A stretch of DNA of 64,000 nucleotides from Patescibacteria group bacterium (GTDB taxonomy: Bacteria; Patescibacteriota; Patescibacteriia; Buchananbacterales; UBA6539): NCBI GenBank assembly GCA_041662625.1, contig JBAZSB010000003.1, positions 38,552-102,551 of the forward strand, in the 5' to 3' direction. The position numbers and the translations under genes were made by a program. Positions 58,128-64,000 of this stretch are shown here, in pieces; positions within the stretch are counted from its first letter, which is position 1; every line of letters starts with the position of its first letter. The notes beneath the pieces were generated by a model. That model worked only from the letters and a program-made list of their open reading frames with translations, did not search any database and had not been told where the DNA came from.

Positions 58128-58845
58128 GAAAACAAGAAATCAAGAAATCAAGAAATCAAGAAATCAATTGGGGTTTACTTTGATGGAAGTTTTGGTTGTC
58201 CTGGGTATTTTTTCGATTTTGGGAGTTTTAATTATTGATGTTTTCTTGCTTGCTCTCCAATCGCAGCGGCAGGTTTCAGCGCGGCAGAAAACTTTATCTA
58301 ATTTACGTTATGTCATTGAGGATATGGCGCGACAGGTTAGAACTTCAGAAATCGATTATGCAAGCTATACCGGCGGCGTTATTGAGCAACCGGCGACCCA
58401 ATTAGTTTTAATTGATCAGGAAGGAAAAAGGGTTGTTTATGAACTAATTGATAATGAGGAAATTCAATTGACAGTTGATACGGAAAGCGCGCCGGTTACT
58501 AATCCAACAGAAGTCAAAGTCGAAAAACTTTCTTTTTACATTAATCCGATTACTGATCCATTTTATAGTGAAAGATGCAATGGTCCCCAGGGTAGCAATG
58601 GCTGCCTGAATAATTTAGAATGTACTATTAATGAAAGCGCCGATGAAGTTGGTTTTTGCATTTGTTCACTTGACTCTGATTGTGCGACAAAAAATTGTGA
58701 TGATCAAGAAAGTCTCTGTTTGCCGTTTAATCAGCAGCCAATTGTGACCATTGTTTTAGGCTTCAAATCAGTTGGACCAAGGCTTGAAGAAGAAAAAGTA
58801 ATTTATTTACAAACTACAGCCGTCAGCCGAGTTTATAAAAGATAA
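58114..58845 (+). CDS. minor pilin with long leader containing an 8-bp tandem repeat array
   Basis: ...RNQLG|FTLMEVLVVLGIFSILG; Cys-rich C-terminal domain; overlaps the upstream gene by 14 nt. Confidence 0.55.
   Translation: MTGDKKTRNQEIKKSRNQLGFTLMEVLVVLGIFSILGVLIIDVFLLALQSQRQVSARQKTLSNLRYVIEDMARQVRTSEIDYASYTGGVIEQPATQLVLIDQEGKRVVYELIDNEEIQLTVDTESAPVTNPTEVKVEKLSFYINPITDPFYSERCNGPQGSNGCLNNLECTINESADEVGFCICSLDSDCATKNCDDQESLCLPFNQQPIVTIVLGFKSVGPRLEEEKVIYLQTTAVSRVYKR
58126..58167 (+). repeat. tandem 8-bp repeat (aagaaaac + 4x aagaaatc) within the first 18 codons of the 58114 gene
   Basis: gagataagaaaacaagaaatcaagaaatcaagaaatcaagaaatcaattgg. Confidence 0.85.
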
Positions 58846-58857
58846 GATGATTTAAGT

Positions 58858-59766
58858 ATGTCTAAATTTACCAATCAATCAGGGATGATTTTGATCTTAG
58901 CAGTTTTAATTATTGCCGCAATTTTAGGTGCGGCGGCGATTTTTAGTAATTTGATTATCCGGGAAATTCAGCAAGTCAGGCTAATTGATCAATCAATCCA
59001 AGCATTTTACCTGGCTGAAAGCGGAGCCGAACGATCTTTACATCAGGTGCGGCGGCGGGAAGCAATCCGCGATTGCTGCCTGGTTGAAGCTAACCCTGAG
59101 GTGGCTTGTGCTAATCCTGGTAATTATTTTTGTAAAACTAACAGCCATTGTTCTAATAATAATACGATTCCTTGTATTAACCCAACCGGCAGTAGCAGCC
59201 GGGGTAGCTGGGAAATAAACGCTGCCAATGAATCCGAAACTTCGATTGTTTTAAAAAATGGTGAATCTTTCCAGATTGATTTGTTTAACCCTTATCAGAC
59301 CCAAAGTTCTAACATTAATGCGATTCAGGTTGATCGGAGTGATCCTGGGGTGGTAGCAGTTGGGGAGTTTACTAATCTGACTAAAATTCTTGGGATTAGC
59401 ACGGCGGTTAACTGCCAAGAACAGCCGCCAGTCTTTAAATATTGGCTGCCATCGCCCGATGCTTTAATTACTTCGCATGATGGTTGGAAAATTTTAGCTG
59501 CCTGCTCTTATTCTTTTAAGTTAATTTACCCTTTGGATAGTAGCGGGGAGGGTGAGACTGAGCCGCCGATTTTAGCCACAATCAGAGTCTTTAATACCGA
59601 CCCAGAGCCGGATAAACAGTTGGAAATCCCCAGTCGCTTTGTGATTGATTCCCAAGCTTCTTTTCGTAATTCGTTACAAAAAGTCCGGGTCAGAACGCCG
59701 ATTCGTTCACCACTTTCCGGACTTTATGACTTCGTGTTATTTTCTGAAGAAAGAATTGTTAAGTAA
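58858..59766 (+). CDS. PilX-like pilus assembly protein (PilX N-terminal domain)
   Basis: N-terminal TM GMILILAVLIIAAILGAAAIF, then ...AFYLAESGAERSL, typical of PilX_N; Cys-rich rest. Confidence 0.45.
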   Translation: MSKFTNQSGMILILAVLIIAAILGAAAIFSNLIIREIQQVRLIDQSIQAFYLAESGAERSLHQVRRREAIRDCCLVEANPEVACANPGNYFCKTNSHCSNNNTIPCINPTGSSSRGSWEINAANESETSIVLKNGESFQIDLFNPYQTQSSNINAIQVDRSDPGVVAVGEFTNLTKILGISTAVNCQEQPPVFKYWLPSPDALITSHDGWKILAACSYSFKLIYPLDSSGEGETEPPILATIRVFNTDPEPDKQLEIPSRFVIDSQASFRNSLQKVRVRTPIRSPLSGLYDFVLFSEERIVK

Positions 59767-59771
59767 ACTAA

Positions 59772-61802
<2,031 letters not shown>

Positions 61803-62384
61803 GAAAAAACGGCGCCTCAAGAATAGATCTCTGATCTGGGAGTGTGTCCTCTGAGAGAGGAAACACATCATTGATCCATCTGAGTTCCGGCGCCGTCATC
61901 CGGCAGAATATGGGGGGAACGAGGGGGCGCGTTCCGCCGCCAAGGGGGCTCTGCCGAAAAAACCTGATGATACCTCCATAGAAATTCAGGTATAATAGTT
62001 TAAGGTACCAAGTTGACTTGAGTTTGTCAATTTTTTTATTATCCAAGTTTTATTTCAGCTAAAAAAAGAAGGCACATCTGCGGAGTTGAGTCAGCGTAGT
62101 CTTTGGCGATAACTCGCCGTTCGACATACTTGATTCAACGCGATGTGCCTTTCCTCTTGCTGGGTTGGAACCCCTGAACAGAAGGCGCGATTCTGCAACG
62201 GCGTGGTTAAACGCAACAAGAGGGACGCCTGAGGAGGGCGGGGAAAAAGATCCTTAGGGTGGCACCAGGCCAAACTTGTGAGGGGCCGTTACTGGGGGGC
62301 GCTCCAGATATGGCTCGCCGCCATGATTGGCCTGTGGGACCGGTCATTGGAAACCGTGTGCCACCCCGGGGAAAAGGAGCAAGT
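61803..62384. ncRNA. about 580-nt GC-rich, highly structured non-coding region (one or two structured RNAs) adjacent to tRNA-Gly; class unresolved
   Basis: GC content far above the surroundings. Nested long-range helices (acggcgcc/ggcgccgt, cggcag/ctgccg, gaaggcacatc/gatgtgcctt, ggcga-uaac-ucgcc). An AT-rich promoter-like insert (TTGACT...TATTAT) at 62023-62052 splits it into two blocks. The ORFs called here are short, overlapping and on both strands. Confidence 0.45.
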
Positions 62385-62461
62385 TGGGGCAGGAGAGAGG
62401 ATTCGAACCTCCGACATCTGGATTGGAAGTCCAGTACTCTAGCCAGTTGAGCTACTCCTGC
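62385..62461 (-). tRNA. tRNA-Gly (anticodon UCC), CCA encoded
   Basis: Reverse complement GCAGGAGTAGCTCAACTGGCTAGAGTACTGGACTTCCAATCCAGATGTCGGAGGTTCGAATCCTCTCTCCTGCCCCA; anticodon loop CTTCCAA. Confidence 0.8.
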
Positions 62462-62535
62462 TTTTGTTAGTAGAAACTCTAACAAACAGACAGAATCTTG
62501 TCAAACTTAAAAAATGCTTATATACTGAGTAAGTA

Positions 62536-62590
62536 AATCCAGTAAATCCAGTAAATCAAGCAGCTTGATTCACTGGATTTACTTGTTCGC
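62536..62590. promoter_or_regulatory. tandem taaatccag repeats plus imperfect 16-bp palindrome upstream of gatC
   Basis: aaatccagtaaatcaagc-agc-ttgattcactggattt. Confidence 0.3.
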
Positions 62591-62606
62591 TGTGTTTACT
62601 AATTCT

Positions 62607-62900
62607 ATGGCTTTATCCCAAAAAGACGTTGAACATATTGCTTTGCTTGCCCGGCTTGGGTTAAGTGAAGCGGAAAAGGAGAAATTTGCTAGTCAACTTT
62701 CTTCAATTTTAGATTATGTCGAGCAGCTGAAAGAAGTTAAGACAGAAGGCGTGGAGCCGACGGCTCAAGTCACTGGTTTGGAAAATGTGATGCGGCCTGA
62801 TGGAATGTTTACTTTGTCGAAACCCGAGATGGAAAAACTGGTCAAGCTGGCACCGGAGAGTGAAGATAACCTAGTGAAGACGAAATCAGTCTTTAATTGA
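62607..62900 (+). CDS. gatC: Glu-tRNA(Gln) amidotransferase subunit C
   Basis: MALSQKDVEHIALLARLGLSEAEKEKF... is the GatC signature. The upstream in-frame extension to 62565 overlaps the palindrome and is probably not translated. Confidence 0.75.
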   Translation: MALSQKDVEHIALLARLGLSEAEKEKFASQLSSILDYVEQLKEVKTEGVEPTAQVTGLENVMRPDGMFTLSKPEMEKLVKLAPESEDNLVKTKSVFN

Positions 62901-62932
62901 CGGCTTTGAACTAAGAACTGGGAACTAAGAAC

Positions 62933-63289
62933 ATGCTATTTAGATTTAGAGAATTCAAAGTTTATCAAGATGCCCAAATTTTTAGAGCAGATATTTATAA
63001 ATTAACCAAAAAATTTCCTAAGGAGGAAACTTTCTGTCTTACCGCCCAGCTTAGAAGAGCTGTTATTTCAATAATTTTAAACATTGCTGAAGGCTCAAAC
63101 AGGCTATCAGATTTAGATTTTAGGCGTTTTTTAAATCTTTCCCTTACATCTCTAGAAGAAGTTGTCGCTTGCCTAGATATCGCTTTAGAAGAAAATTATA
63201 TAACTGAAGAAGAACGTTCGGAAAAATTAAAAGAAGCAGAAGTTTTGGGAAAACAGTTATTGGGTTTTATCAAGAAGCTAGAGAAGTAA
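62933..63289 (+). CDS. four-helix-bundle protein (IVS-associated family), inserted between gatC and gatA
   Basis: FKVYQDAQIF...LNIAEGSNR...; flanked by inverted repeats gctttgaac...gttcaaagc. Confidence 0.7.
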   Translation: MLFRFREFKVYQDAQIFRADIYKLTKKFPKEETFCLTAQLRRAVISIILNIAEGSNRLSDLDFRRFLNLSLTSLEEVVACLDIALEENYITEEERSEKLKEAEVLGKQLLGFIKKLEK

Positions 63290-63315
63290 GTTAATTGTTC
63301 AAAGCTCATTGTTCT

Positions 63316-64000
63316 ATGTTATTAAACGAACTAACAATCTCCCAAGCCCATGACGGCTTAAAGAAAAAAGACTTTAGTTCAGTTGAACTGACTAAGGCTT
63401 GTTTGGAACAAATCAAAAAAACGGATGATAAGATTAAGGCTTTTATTACTGTGACTGAAGATTTGGCTTTGCAGCAAGCTCAAGCCGCTGACCAAAAAGG
63501 GGATTTTTTAAATCCTTTAGCCGGCATTCCCAACGCGATTAAAGATTGTTTTTGCACTAAAGGCGTCAAATCAACAGCTGGTTCAAAGATTTTAGAAAAT
63601 TACGTGCCGCCATATTCCGCCACTTCAATTGAGAAGTTAGAAGCTAACGATTCAGTGATGTTAGGAAAAGTTAATTTGGATGAATTTACCATGGGCTCGT
63701 CTTGCGAAAATTCCGGTTTTTTCCCGACTAAAAATCCTTGGGATTTAGCCAGAGTCCCGGGCGGTTCTTCTGGGGGTTCAGCCGCGGCAGTTACTGCCAA
63801 TCAATGTCTTTATGCCTTGGGAACTGATACCGGCGGTTCCATCCGCGAGCCAGCCTCTTTTTGCGGCATCACCGGTTTGAAAGTCACTTACGGCCGGGTT
63901 TCGCGGTATGGCGTAATGTCTTATGCCTCTTCTTTTGATACGATTGGTGCTTTAACTAAAAATGTCGAAGACGCCGCCTTAGTTTTAAATGCCATTGCCG
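63316..64000 (+). CDS. gatA: Glu-tRNA(Gln) amidotransferase subunit A (partial, continues past window end)
   Basis: MLLNELTISQAHDGLKKKDF...; amidase signature GGSSGGSAAAV and GTDTGGSIR. No stop in the window, hence absent from the ORF track. Confidence 0.85.
   Translation, partial: MLLNELTISQAHDGLKKKDFSSVELTKACLEQIKKTDDKIKAFITVTEDLALQQAQAADQKGDFLNPLAGIPNAIKDCFCTKGVKSTAGSKILENYVPPYSATSIEKLEANDSVMLGKVNLDEFTMGSSCENSGFFPTKNPWDLARVPGGSSGGSAAAVTANQCLYALGTDTGGSIREPASFCGITGLKVTYGRVSRYGVMSYASSFDTIGALTKNVEDAALVLNAIA

Noticed and set aside
58126-58167. CRISPR array
   Set aside because: The 8-bp units are contiguous with no spacers, so this is a simple tandem repeat. No CRISPR arrays are seen anywhere in the window.
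61803-62384. tmRNA (ssrA) identity for the GC-rich region
   Set aside because: No tRNA-like T-arm plus ACCA end without an anticodon arm, no GGGG...CCCC acceptor pairing, and no recognisable tag ORF ending in a hydrophobic tail. The adjacent tRNA-Gly has a complete anticodon arm.
62565-62606. Extended gatC start at 62565
   Set aside because: The extension (MIHWIYLFAVFTNS) is encoded by the palindrome and repeat region and lacks the GatC signature, so the ATG at 62607 was preferred.

Overview
The window is AT-rich (about 35-40% GC) and gene-dense, and looks like a Candidate Phyla Radiation (Patescibacteria)-type genome read with the standard genetic code. Housekeeping genes are present (rsmA/ksgA, metK, recG, mpg, clpC-like, htpX, lemA, ligA, gatC, gatA, four tRNAs). 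Two accessory systems dominate. (1) A type-IV-secretion-like module at roughly 1.4-25.4 kb: a membrane-anchored Ca-binding-repeat protein, a 3498-aa Cys-rich surface protein with CBM4/9-like modules, a polytopic VirB6/TrbL-like protein with a coiled-coil tail, PrgI/VirB3-like and VirB4 genes, a possible VirB8-like protein and ComF. metK sits inside it. VirB4 is split by a single in-frame TAA. (2) A complete type IV pilus locus at 42-60 kb: pilM/N/O, pilB, a CheY-like regulator, a catalytically degenerate PilT-like paralog, pilC, three pilins, pilD, minor pilins and a PilX-like protein. Two large GT-C-type membrane proteins lie between two paralogous major pilin genes. Other unusual features are listed below. 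IVS-like inverted-repeat elements carrying four-helix-bundle protein genes flank metK (one intact, one remnant) and split gatC from gatA. recG is broken by a +1 frameshift at an A-run. An 8-bp tandem array sits in the leader of a minor pilin gene. A 134-bp perfect duplication lies inside a tail-fibre-like repeat protein gene. Two GC-rich, highly structured non-coding regions were found, at about 30.2 kb and, about 580 nt long next to tRNA-Gly, at 61.8-62.4 kb.
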